Shown piece after piece: positions 25,724 through 34,551 of a stretch of 44,691 nucleotides of DNA. The stretch is from Thermoplasmata archaeon (lineage in GTDB: Archaea; Thermoplasmatota; Thermoplasmata; Lutacidiplasmatales; UBA184), in NCBI GenBank assembly GCA_022749845.1, contig JAKIWX010000004.1:1-44691 (forward strand). Direction: 5' to 3'. Each line of letters opens with the position of its first letter. Position 1 is the stretch's first letter. The translations under genes were made by a program, and so were the position numbers. The notes beneath the pieces were generated by a model, which saw only the letters and a program-made list of their open reading frames with translations, had not been told where the DNA came from and did not search any database.

Positions 25724-25755
25724 TTTAGAGTACTAAGCTAATTCAGATTATATAC
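25724..25755 (-). promoter_or_regulatory. Third operator copy and TATA box of the AbrB-like gene
   Basis: Minus-strand TTAGTACTCTAAA (25736-25724) lies between GTATATAA (25755-25748) and ATG 25702. Confidence 0.65.
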
Positions 25756-25778
25756 CTCAATTCCTCCTAGGTTCCCCG

Positions 25779-26900
25779 ATGCTGCCGAGCTACCCCGAGT
25801 CGACCATGCGGGCGCTGGCTCGCAACATCCTGACGAACACCCTTCGCATGAAGCGGGGCGAGAACCTCTTCATCGATACTTGGAGTGCAACGCTCCCCTG
25901 GGCGCAGTCGTTCGTACTCGAGGCGCGGATCCTCGGGGCCCGACCGATGCTCACGCTCGAGGACGAAGAGACCTACTGGAAAAGCGTCAAGGAGGCGCCT
26001 GCGGCGCACGTCGCCCAGGTCGGGAGCCACGACTGGGCCGCGCTCAAAGCCTCGCATGCATACATGTACTTCTATGGGCCCCTCGACGTCGAGCGGATGG
26101 ACTCGCTCCCCAACTCGGTCAAGAATCGGCTCTACGCAAACGACAACGAGTGGTTCCGCCTCGTCGAGAAACTCGGCATCCGGGTGGCCCGCTGGGACCT
26201 GGGTCGCACGAGCGAGGCCGTGGCCCGCCGGTATGGGATCTCCCTGGCGCAGTGGCGGGGGGAGCTCGTGGAAGCCGGGTCGCTTGACCCACGGCCGTTG
26301 CAGAAGGATGGCCAGCGGATCGCCGAGGCGATGCGGCGAGGTCGCGAGCTGCGCATCACACACCCGAACGGAACGGACCTCACCCTCCGGCTGGCTCGCC
26401 GGACGCCGCGCGTGGACGACGGTGTGATCGACCCGGCCGATGTCCGATCGGGTAACATCTTTTCGGTGATCCCGAGCGGAGTCACCTCCACCTCGGTGGA
26501 CGAGGGCTTCGCGGAAGGGACGGTCGTCTCGAACATGGTCGGGGCGATGTTCGTGCACGGCGAGGAGTTGATGCTCGCCGGTGCCGAGTGGACCTTCCGT
26601 CGGGGTCGCCTCGAAAAGTACACCCACACGAGCGGCGGCGACGCCTTCCGTTCGGCCTTCTCCAAGCTCGGTCCGGGTAAGGACCGGCCCGGGCTCGTTT
26701 CGGTGGGGCTCAACCCGGCCATCCACTCGATTCCCCTGCTCTTCGATCAGGAACGAGGGATCATCTCGGTCACCGTTGGTCGCAACTCCCAGGTTGGGGG
26801 CCGGACGCGCACGCCCCACTTCACCGCCTACTCGTCGATCCGAGGGGGGTCCCTCGCCATCGACGGTCGCCCGTACGTCGAGGCCGGCGAGCTCGTCTAG
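25779..26900 (+). CDS. M29 (thermophilic metalloaminopeptidase)-like protein with degenerate metal ligands
   Basis: L.MK.GE, LRIT.PNGTDLT, DDG.I, IPSG, VGLNP and GRN..GG. Confidence 0.8.
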   Translation: MLPSYPESTMRALARNILTNTLRMKRGENLFIDTWSATLPWAQSFVLEARILGARPMLTLEDEETYWKSVKEAPAAHVAQVGSHDWAALKASHAYMYFYGPLDVERMDSLPNSVKNRLYANDNEWFRLVEKLGIRVARWDLGRTSEAVARRYGISLAQWRGELVEAGSLDPRPLQKDGQRIAEAMRRGRELRITHPNGTDLTLRLARRTPRVDDGVIDPADVRSGNIFSVIPSGVTSTSVDEGFAEGTVVSNMVGAMFVHGEELMLAGAEWTFRRGRLEKYTHTSGGDAFRSAFSKLGPGKDRPGLVSVGLNPAIHSIPLLFDQERGIISVTVGRNSQVGGRTRTPHFTAYSSIRGGSLAIDGRPYVEAGELV

Positions 26901-27009
26901 GGCCTGCGACCGGGCCGGTCCGACCCGGCCGTCCCGTCCGACGGAGGGAGTATAAAGGGCGAGTTCGCGTCGAATCCGGTCGGAGCTACCGCCCGCAAGG
27001 CAATCTCGA

Positions 27010-28287
27010 ATGGACCCGATCTCCCTCGTGAACAATCTGTGGGTGCTGATCGCCGCCCTTCTCGTGTTCACGATGACGATCGCCGTTGGCTTCCTCGAGG
27101 TAGGGGAGCTCGGCGAGGGGCTCTGGTCGAGCCTCCTCAAGACGATGATCATCACCTCTTCGGGCCTCTTCTTCATGGCGCTCGTCGGGTTCAACACCGC
27201 GTTCGCCCCGACCGTCCTGCACGGGTTCATCGGTAACCCAACCTACAACGGTCTCTTCCTGGGAGGCCTCGACCCCTCGACCTCGCTCGGCGTCTGGTGG
27301 TCGCAGAACCCGGCCCACGCCAACACCGGACTCTACGTCGGGACCTACTTCCTGTTCGAGGTCGCCTTTGCGACCGTCACGCTCGCGCTCGTCGGGGTGG
27401 TGATGCTCCGGAAGGTGAAGCTCATGGCGTTCGCACTGTTCACCATCCCCTACTTCGTCCTCATCTGGAACCTCCCGGCGGCGTGGATCTGGAATCCGCA
27501 GGGGTGGCTCGCCTCGATGGGCATGGTCGATTTCGCCGGAGGTCTCGTCGTCCACGCCGCGGCGGGCGCTGCCGGCCTCGCGTTCCTCGTGCAGATCTGG
27601 CGCGAAGAACGCGCGCGGGGGCTCAAGGAGAGTCCGCAGGCGCAGACGAAGATCGTCCCAACGTGGCTCACCCTGGCTGCGTTGCTCCTCTGGGTGGGCT
27701 GGTTCGGGTTCAATCCGGGGAGCGTCCTGCAACTCAACGCCGAGGTCCCTGTCGTGGTGATGACCACCTTCCTCGCGGCCGCAACGGCGATGTTGTCGAC
27801 GCTGGGCTGCCAGTTCCTGCTTACGCGCACCGACACGGGGCCCCTCTGGGCCGTGAACGGGATCCTGATGGGCCTCATTGTCATCACCCCCCTCGCGGGG
27901 TTCGTGAGCCCGGCGAGTGCGGTCGTCCTCGGACTGATGTGCGGTCCGCTCTTCATCGCGGGAGAACGCTACGTCGCGAAGCTCCAGTGGTGCACCGATC
28001 CCGTGGGGCTGCTTCCAGGCCACTTGCTGGGCGGACTCTTCGGCGTGGGGATGATCGCCTTCTTCACCCAGACCCAATTCGCGACCCTCTCGGGGGCGCC
28101 GTCGAGCCTTCCGAACGGGCTCCTGTACGGCGGGGGCATGCCGGCGATTCACCAGCTAGGGATCGAGCTGTTCGGCATCGTGGCGGTCATGGCGACGGTG
28201 TTCGCGCTGTCGTTCCTCTCCGTGTGGGTCATCTCGAAAGGAATGCGCGGCATCACCCAGGTCGAGCCCGATCGCGCGTCCACGTAA
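27010..28287 (+). CDS. amt: Ammonium transporter (Amt family)
   Basis: W.W...GWL...G.VDFAGGLVVH, LLWVGWFGFNPGS, NG.L.GL..ITP and D..G..PGH..GG. Confidence 0.95.
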   Translation: MDPISLVNNLWVLIAALLVFTMTIAVGFLEVGELGEGLWSSLLKTMIITSSGLFFMALVGFNTAFAPTVLHGFIGNPTYNGLFLGGLDPSTSLGVWWSQNPAHANTGLYVGTYFLFEVAFATVTLALVGVVMLRKVKLMAFALFTIPYFVLIWNLPAAWIWNPQGWLASMGMVDFAGGLVVHAAAGAAGLAFLVQIWREERARGLKESPQAQTKIVPTWLTLAALLLWVGWFGFNPGSVLQLNAEVPVVVMTTFLAAATAMLSTLGCQFLLTRTDTGPLWAVNGILMGLIVITPLAGFVSPASAVVLGLMCGPLFIAGERYVAKLQWCTDPVGLLPGHLLGGLFGVGMIAFFTQTQFATLSGAPSSLPNGLLYGGGMPAIHQLGIELFGIVAVMATVFALSFLSVWVISKGMRGITQVEPDRAST

Positions 28288-28316
28288 ACACGGCCGGTCC
28301 GGCCTCCTGCAACCTA

Positions 28317-29315
28317 CTAAAGACGTAGTAACTTCCTTCTCAGCTGGAGCACCCACACTCGCGCAGCCGTTCCGACGGCCGGGAAGATGGCGAGGACCCA
28401 GAGGAGCCAGACCCAGTAGTTGATGTGCGTGAAGAAGTCGAGCGTGGAACCGCTCGCGCAGCTCGGGCCGGAGTGGAGGGCGACGGTGCACGCCACTGGG
28501 ACGGGGGCATGCCACACGAACGGGAGAAGCCAGAGCGCGCTCACCCCGAGCGCGAGCACTAGGTTCCGGAGGTCCCGACGCCAAAGATAGTATCCGGCTA
28601 CAAGGAGATTCGCGAACTGCTTCGTTCCGAGAGCGAGCCACTCCGCGAATCGCCCGGGTACTCCCGAGAGCGAAACGAACGCGAGAGTGAGGAGGAGGAG
28701 GCTCGGGAAATCGTTGTACCCGTTCGCAGCAAGGAGCGCCGGATACGGGCTGCCCAACACTAGCAGCGCCCACGGCCGGGCCCGAACGAGGTAGAGAATC
28801 GCGCCCCAGCAGAGTGTCGTCGTCGCGGTGTACGCGACCCACGGGATGGCCAGGAAAGGGAGGAGAGGAAGGTAGACGAAGTAAGAGTGGGAGGTGTACG
28901 GCGCGCAGGCGACGAGGACCGAACTCGTGGGGCCCGAGCACTGGGTGTAGGTGAACACGAGGAGGGTCGTGTAAGGATTCTTCCCAGCTAGGATGAGTCC
29001 GGCGTACCGTGGGGTGGTGAACGGCTCGTCGGTGGACCCGCCGAAGAGACCGGTGGTGAGGACAAGACCGGCCAGCGCGAACGAGAAGAGCAGCAGCCAT
29101 CGCAGGTTCCTCCATTCGAGCCCTCCCAACCGACGAGCGAGGTACGGGTAGGAGACCGCACCGCCGGCTACGAGGAGCGAGGCGACGACGAGGTACCTGC
29201 TGCCCGTGATCCAATCGAGGGGCGCGTACAGGATCGCCGGCAGGAATCCGACGCCCAGCAGAGCGAGGAGGAGACCGAACCGGCGCGTCCGATCCGCAGG
29301 ATTGGATGCCGTAAC
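28317..29315 (-). CDS. Multi-pass membrane protein, GT-C/DUF2029-like; start uncertain
   Basis: TDE, G.NPY, F.YLP, G.ND and TKQ motifs. The frame is open and encodes two more TM helices upstream of TTG 29129. Confidence 0.7.
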   Translation of the reverse strand, partial: VTASNPADRTRRFGLLLALLGVGFLPAILYAPLDWITGSRYLVVASLLVAGGAVSYPYLARRLGGLEWRNLRWLLLFSFALAGLVLTTGLFGGSTDEPFTTPRYAGLILAGKNPYTTLLVFTYTQCSGPTSSVLVACAPYTSHSYFVYLPLLPFLAIPWVAYTATTTLCWGAILYLVRARPWALLVLGSPYPALLAANGYNDFPSLLLLTLAFVSLSGVPGRFAEWLALGTKQFANLLVAGYYLWRRDLRNLVLALGVSALWLLPFVWHAPVPVACTVALHSGPSCASGSTLDFFTHINYWVWLLWVLAIFPAVGTAARVWVLQLRRKLLRL

Positions 29316-29453
29316 CGAACCGGCACGGCTCTGTACGGATAAGCGCTGGGAGAATCCTCAGGTCCGGCCGCTCCCGCCGTAAGGAGCCGGCACCCCCGAC
29401 GGGGAATCACGACAGCAACGGTATAGCCTCGGCCGTTTGGACGCTCGGAGAGC

Positions 29454-30593
29454 ATGGTCGTCACGGTCGCCGTGCCCACAGAGACGTCTACCGGGGAGCG
29501 CCGAGTGGCGAGCGTCCCCGACGTCGTCGCGAAGCTGACGAAGGCCGGGATCGGTGTCCGGGTGCAGTCGGGAGCCGGCGAGCGGGCCTACCTCACGGAT
29601 GCGTCCTTCCAGGCCGCGGGGGCGGTTCTCGTCGAGGGGACCTCCGGTCTCTATTCCGGTGCTCAGGTTGTGCTCAGAGTCAACCCTCCGAGCCCGGAGG
29701 AGGTTCAGTTGATGGACCCCGAGACGATCGTCGTGGGGTTCCTCGGGCCCGGCAAGAACCTCCCCACGGTTAGGGCGATGCTTGATCGCAAGCTCACGGC
29801 CTTCGCCCTGGAGCTCGTGCCGCGGATCACCCGGGCCCAAGGGATGGACGCCCTGTCCTCGCAGGCCACGGTGGCGGGGTACGCCTCGACGCTCCTGGCG
29901 GCCAGCGAATCTGCCAAGTTCTTTCCCATGCTCACGACCGCGGCGGGAACCATTCGACCCTCTCGGGTCCTCATCCTGGGCGCCGGGGTTGCCGGCCTCA
30001 CGGCGATCGCGACCGCCCGTAGGCTGGGCGCGACGGTCGAAGCGTACGACGTCCGGCGGGCGGCCGGGGAACAAGTCCGAAGCTTGGGAGCGAAGTTCCT
30101 CGAGCTCGCCATTAACGCCGAAGGGACCGGAGGGTACGCTCGCGAGCTCACCCCCGAGGAGAAAGCGCAGGAGAGCGTCATGGTCTCGAAGGCCGTGGCG
30201 GAGGCGGACGTCGTGATCACGACGGCCAACGTGCCGGGACGGAGAGCGCCCCGGCTCGTCACGAAGGAGACGGTTGCCACCATGCGCCCGGGGGCGGTGA
30301 TCGTGGATCTCGCCGCCGAGAGCGGTGGGAACTGCGAACTCACCCGTGCCGGCGAGACGATCATTGACCACGGGGTGAAGATCGTGGGTCCGCTCAACCT
30401 GCCCAGCCGCGTTCCGACGCACGCGAGCCAAATGTATGCGAAGAACCTCCAGTCATTCCTGGAACTGCTCATCAGCCGGGACGGAGCCCTCGTCACAGAC
30501 TACACCGACGAGATCCTGGCGGCGAGCTGCCTCGTGAGGAACGGGGAAGTGCGGCACCAAGGCACGCGCGAAGCGCTGGATGCTCGGGCATGA
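29454..30593 (+). CDS. pntAA: NAD(P) transhydrogenase subunit alpha, part 1 (dI)
   Basis: GERRVA, VPRITRAQ.MDALSSQ, FFPML.TAAGT, GAGVAGL, GGYARE and DLAAESGGNC. Confidence 0.96.
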   Translation: MVVTVAVPTETSTGERRVASVPDVVAKLTKAGIGVRVQSGAGERAYLTDASFQAAGAVLVEGTSGLYSGAQVVLRVNPPSPEEVQLMDPETIVVGFLGPGKNLPTVRAMLDRKLTAFALELVPRITRAQGMDALSSQATVAGYASTLLAASESAKFFPMLTTAAGTIRPSRVLILGAGVAGLTAIATARRLGATVEAYDVRRAAGEQVRSLGAKFLELAINAEGTGGYARELTPEEKAQESVMVSKAVAEADVVITTANVPGRRAPRLVTKETVATMRPGAVIVDLAAESGGNCELTRAGETIIDHGVKIVGPLNLPSRVPTHASQMYAKNLQSFLELLISRDGALVTDYTDEILAASCLVRNGEVRHQGTREALDARA

Positions 30594-30892
30594 TCAGCGA
30601 ACTCTGGACAGCCGTGTTCATCGCCATGCTCGCCGCGTTCACCGGCTACGAGGTGATCAGCCGGGTCCCGGTCATCCTTCATACGCCGCTCATGAGCGGC
30701 TCGAACTTCGTCCACGGCGTCGTCCTCGTCGGGGCCCTCGTGGCCCTCGGGTTCGCTTCCAACTGGCCCGAGAGGGCCCTCGGTTTCGTCGCGGTCGTCC
30801 TCGCCGCGGCCAACGTCACCGGCGGCTACGTGGTGACCGAGCGTATCCTCCAGATGTTCGACCGCTCCGGCAAGAAGCCGAAGGGGGGTTGA
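30590..30892 (+). CDS. pntAB: NAD(P) transhydrogenase subunit alpha, part 2
   Basis: VP.ILHTPLMSGSN and N..GGY.VT.R.L.MF. Confidence 0.95.
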   Translation: MISELWTAVFIAMLAAFTGYEVISRVPVILHTPLMSGSNFVHGVVLVGALVALGFASNWPERALGFVAVVLAAANVTGGYVVTERILQMFDRSGKKPKGG

Positions 30893-32287
30893 ATGGTCGA
30901 TGTCAACGACGCCATCGAGGCGGTCTACGTCGTCACCGCAGCGTTCTTCATCCTGGGACTCCACCGGATGAGCCACCCCACGACCGCGAGGAGCGGGATC
31001 GTGTGGGCCGGCTGCGCAATGTTCGCGGCAGTGGCCATCACCTTCCTCACCCCGGAACTGTTCGCGAACGGTTTCACGAACCTTGGCCTCATGGGCCTCG
31101 GAATCGCGCTGGGCGGGGGCCTCGGGTACCTCGCAGCGGTCCGGGTTGCGATGACCGACATGCCCCAGATGGTCGCCATCTACAACGGGATGGGCGGTGG
31201 CGCGGCGGCCGCGATCGCAGCGATTGCGCTGCTCGCCGGCGTTGGCACCGGTGAGGCATCGCTCGCCGTAACGGGTGGGCTCATCGGGGCGGTCTCTTTC
31301 GCCGGGAGCCTCATCGCGTTTCTGAAGCTCCAGGGCTGGATGCGCCAGAAGCCGATCACGTATCCTGGTCAGCAGCCGACCAACCTGTTGGTGCTCGCGC
31401 TCGCCCTTGCCTTCGGCGTGCTTCTCCTCTGGCGTCCCCTCGCGCTGCCGTTCCCCGGAGGAAGCTACCTCCCCGCGTTTTTCCTCTTCGCGCTCGGGTT
31501 CGGGTTTCTCATGACCCTCCCGATCGGGGGGGCCGACATGCCGGTGGTCATCTCGATGTACAACGCGCTCACGGGGCTCGCGGTGGGCCTCGACGGCTTC
31601 GCGCTGACGAACTACGCGATGGTCGTGGGGGGAGTGATCGTGGGTGCGGCCGGCACGCTGCTCACGGTCGTGATGGCGCGGGCCATGAATCGCTCGATCT
31701 CGAACGTCCTGTTCGGAGCCTTCGGCGCTACCGAAGAGGCGTCCGGGGCGGTTCAGGGTACGATGAAGTCGATTGACGCCGAGGACGCGGCGGTCCTCCT
31801 CGCCTACGCCAACAAGGTCGTGATCGCCCCCGGGTACGGGATGGCAGTCGCTCAGGCGCAACACAAGGTGAAGGAACTGATGGACCAACTCGAGGCGAAA
31901 GGGGTCCAAGTGAAGTTCGCGATCCACCCGGTCGCCGGGCGGATGCCCGGTCACATGAACGTCTTACTCGCGGAGGCGGGTGTGCCGTACGACCACCTCA
32001 ACGATCGGGACGAGATCAACCCAGAGTTTGCCAGCTCGGACGTCGTGGTCGTCATCGGGGCGAACGATGTCGTCAATCCCGCGGCCCGACGCCAGGGGAG
32101 CCCCCTCTACGGCATGCCTATCCTCGACGTGGATGCCGCAAAGAATGTGCTCGTCCTTAAGCGGGGGCAAGGACGCGGGTTCGCGGGAGTCGAGAACGAC
32201 CTGTTCTACAACGAGAACGCGCGCATGGTTTACGGCGATGCCCAGGAGACCGTAGGAAAGATAGTCCAGGCCCTCAAGAAGCTCTAA
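30893..32287 (+). CDS. pntB: NAD(P) transhydrogenase subunit beta
   Basis: MPQMVA..NG.GG, PIGGADMPVVIS, PGYGMAVAQAQ, IHPVAGRMPGHMNVLLAEA and GANDVVNP. Confidence 0.97.
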   Translation: MVDVNDAIEAVYVVTAAFFILGLHRMSHPTTARSGIVWAGCAMFAAVAITFLTPELFANGFTNLGLMGLGIALGGGLGYLAAVRVAMTDMPQMVAIYNGMGGGAAAAIAAIALLAGVGTGEASLAVTGGLIGAVSFAGSLIAFLKLQGWMRQKPITYPGQQPTNLLVLALALAFGVLLLWRPLALPFPGGSYLPAFFLFALGFGFLMTLPIGGADMPVVISMYNALTGLAVGLDGFALTNYAMVVGGVIVGAAGTLLTVVMARAMNRSISNVLFGAFGATEEASGAVQGTMKSIDAEDAAVLLAYANKVVIAPGYGMAVAQAQHKVKELMDQLEAKGVQVKFAIHPVAGRMPGHMNVLLAEAGVPYDHLNDRDEINPEFASSDVVVVIGANDVVNPAARRQGSPLYGMPILDVDAAKNVLVLKRGQGRGFAGVENDLFYNENARMVYGDAQETVGKIVQALKKL

Positions 32288-32383
32288 GCAGGGACCGGGT
32301 TAGCGAGCTACCCTCTCGGGCTCCGTCGCACCGCTCGATCCAAGACCATGCTCGCGAGGCCGATAGGGGAGGCTCCGAGCACG

Positions 32384-33298
32384 ATGATCCGCATGGACAG
32401 CTGCCCCGTGTGTGGGTCCTCGGCGCGGAGTACGGTTTGCTACTGCCCCGATCCGAGGAATCCCCAGACGAGGCGCTTCACTCTTGTGCGCTGCGAAGCC
32501 TGTGGGGTCGGTTACCTTGCCGAAGTTCCTCCCCCCCGCGAGCTCCGTGGGTACTATCCGGTCGACTACCGCGCTTACTCTGCCGGTTCGAGCCTCTCCT
32601 CGAAGGTGCTTACCCGCCTCATCGGGTTGTCCCAAGGACGGGAGTTCGGTTCGACGCTCGGGTTACCCCTGTTGGACCCGGTCCGGGAGAAAACAGAGTT
32701 CCTCGACGTAGGCATCGGCGGTGGCGCGCTCGCGATGAAGATGCGAGGCCGGGGCTGGAGGGTGTTCGGGCTCGATTTCACTCCCTCGCTCACCGCGCCG
32801 GCCGCGAAAGATGAGATTAGGTTCGTCGTGGGGAACGCCGCTCGTACCCCGTTTCGGGACGGTTCCTTCGATCTGATACTCGCGAGCCATGTACTTGAGC
32901 ACCTGCACGATCCGATCGCCGCCCTGAGGGAGTACGACCGCCTGCTCCGACCCGGGGGTAGGCTTGTGGTCGGGGTTCCCAACTTCGACTCGTACCCCTC
33001 TCGGGCCTTCGGCCGCGCTACGTACGCCTTTCTGGATGTCCCGCGACACCTCGTGTTCTTCAACCTCCCCGGCCTGCGCCGCGCGATCGGGAACGCCGGG
33101 CTCGGGGTGGACGGGATGCGTGCGGTCCCGTTCCCTGCGTTGCTGCCAACAGTCCTTCTCAAGCTGGGCGTTCGCCCGGAGCTCCTGGATCACGGTGCCC
33201 TGAGAGCGGCTGTAAGCTCGTTATCGCTCCCACTTGATCTCCTCACCCAGCGCGGAGATCAGGGATGCAACCTGGTCGCGATCGCGACGAAGCTCTGA
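32384..33298 (+). CDS. Class I SAM-dependent methyltransferase with N-terminal Zn-ribbon
   Basis: CPVCG...RCEACG, LDVGIGGG, FDLI...HVLEH..DP and PRHL..F. Confidence 0.88.
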   Translation: MIRMDSCPVCGSSARSTVCYCPDPRNPQTRRFTLVRCEACGVGYLAEVPPPRELRGYYPVDYRAYSAGSSLSSKVLTRLIGLSQGREFGSTLGLPLLDPVREKTEFLDVGIGGGALAMKMRGRGWRVFGLDFTPSLTAPAAKDEIRFVVGNAARTPFRDGSFDLILASHVLEHLHDPIAALREYDRLLRPGGRLVVGVPNFDSYPSRAFGRATYAFLDVPRHLVFFNLPGLRRAIGNAGLGVDGMRAVPFPALLPTVLLKLGVRPELLDHGALRAAVSSLSLPLDLLTQRGDQGCNLVAIATKL

Positions 33299-33415
33299 GC
33301 GGACCGTCCCGACCTGTGTACTAGGGGAGGCGACGGACACCATCGCGTTGGAGTACCGGCGGAACGATCCGATTCGACGCAACCGCGGGACGCCCGAGGG
33401 CAGACGGAGGTCGGC

Positions 33416-34294
33416 CTACCGAGGAGATTCCCCGAACGGCTGGGGGTAGCTACCGGGCCAGAAGGAAGCAAGAAAGCCATGGAACGCGAATCGAATGCTC
33501 TGCCTGCGCGAGGTGCCTCCCAGGAGATTCATCATGACCAAGTAGCTCGCAACCAGAAGCGCCTTTGCTGTCCCGTAGCGCCGGAAAACGCGAATCCCGT
33601 TCCGACATACGAAGTAGAGTCGTGGCGGGTCCAGGTAGTGGAATGTCTGGGCACCGCGCAGGGTCTCCCTTCCCTCCTGGTGGTCGATGAACGCGTGACG
33701 AAGGATGTAGATCGGAAAGCCTAGCCGCCGAGACCGATGACAGAAGTCGACATCGACGTAGTAGAGAAACAGCTCCTCGTCGAACGGGACCCGCTCGAGT
33801 AGTCTTCGGCTGACGATGCTGCCGCTGGTGATGACGCTCTTGGCCAGCGCGGGACCTCGCGAATGGTTGTACGGCCGAGTCCGGTTGAACCGATGCTCGA
33901 GATAGTTGAACGCGATGATACCCGCCTCGGCGACGCGCGGGATCTGCTCGAGCTCTCCGGCCAGAGTCGAGAAGGCCCCCTCGGAGAACATGGTGTCCTG
34001 ATCGAGGGTCAGTATCCATCGAGTGGAGGTGTTGCGGAGGCAGGCGGCAACTCCCTCGTTAAGCGCCCGGCCGATCCCGAAATTCGCACGTAGGGCGAGC
34101 AGCAGATGTGCCGGTGCTTCTTGGGGTTGGGACTCGATGATTTTCCTAATATAGTCGACGTTCGCACTCCCGTTGTCGACCACGACGTGAAGATCTACCT
34201 TGCCCCGGAGCTGTTCGAGCTGGGTTCTGAGTCTCCCGTCATCGAGGCTAGGATTGAAAGTTACGGTGACGGCGCACAGGCCCTCGAGGTGCAT
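33416..34294 (-). CDS. GT2 glycosyltransferase (rhamnosyltransferase-like)
   Basis: VTFNP, VVDNGS, N.GI..ALN.G, LDQD, ITSGS and FDE.LFL..VD.DFC.R. Confidence 0.88.
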   Translation of the reverse strand: MHLEGLCAVTVTFNPSLDDGRLRTQLEQLRGKVDLHVVVDNGSANVDYIRKIIESQPQEAPAHLLLALRANFGIGRALNEGVAACLRNTSTRWILTLDQDTMFSEGAFSTLAGELEQIPRVAEAGIIAFNYLEHRFNRTRPYNHSRGPALAKSVITSGSIVSRRLLERVPFDEELFLYYVDVDFCHRSRRLGFPIYILRHAFIDHQEGRETLRGAQTFHYLDPPRLYFVCRNGIRVFRRYGTAKALLVASYLVMMNLLGGTSRRQSIRFAFHGFLASFWPGSYPQPFGESPR

Positions 34295-34551
34295 GGGGGA
34301 GAGCAAAGAAGATGAGGGGTTTGAGGTCGACGCAGGCCCGTGGGTACCCATTCGACCCGAGCCCGTTTGAATGATAGCGAGCCCCCGGCGTATCCCTCCA
34401 ATGAACCGGTGGACTGGGAGAGGCGCCCCAGGTTCATTGTCCCGTCAACCCGCGTCCTGGTACCGATCCGGCGCGGGCCCATTGCGCCGCGCCTACCTCG
34501 CGGTACGATGCTTGTGGGACAGCCCCCCCAGACTACCGGGGAGATAGTTCC

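Noticed and set aside
24928-27000. Integrated element at tRNA-Ile2 containing the AbrB module
   Set aside because: I found no duplicate of the tRNA-Ile or tRNA-Asn 3' end downstream, and no integrase.
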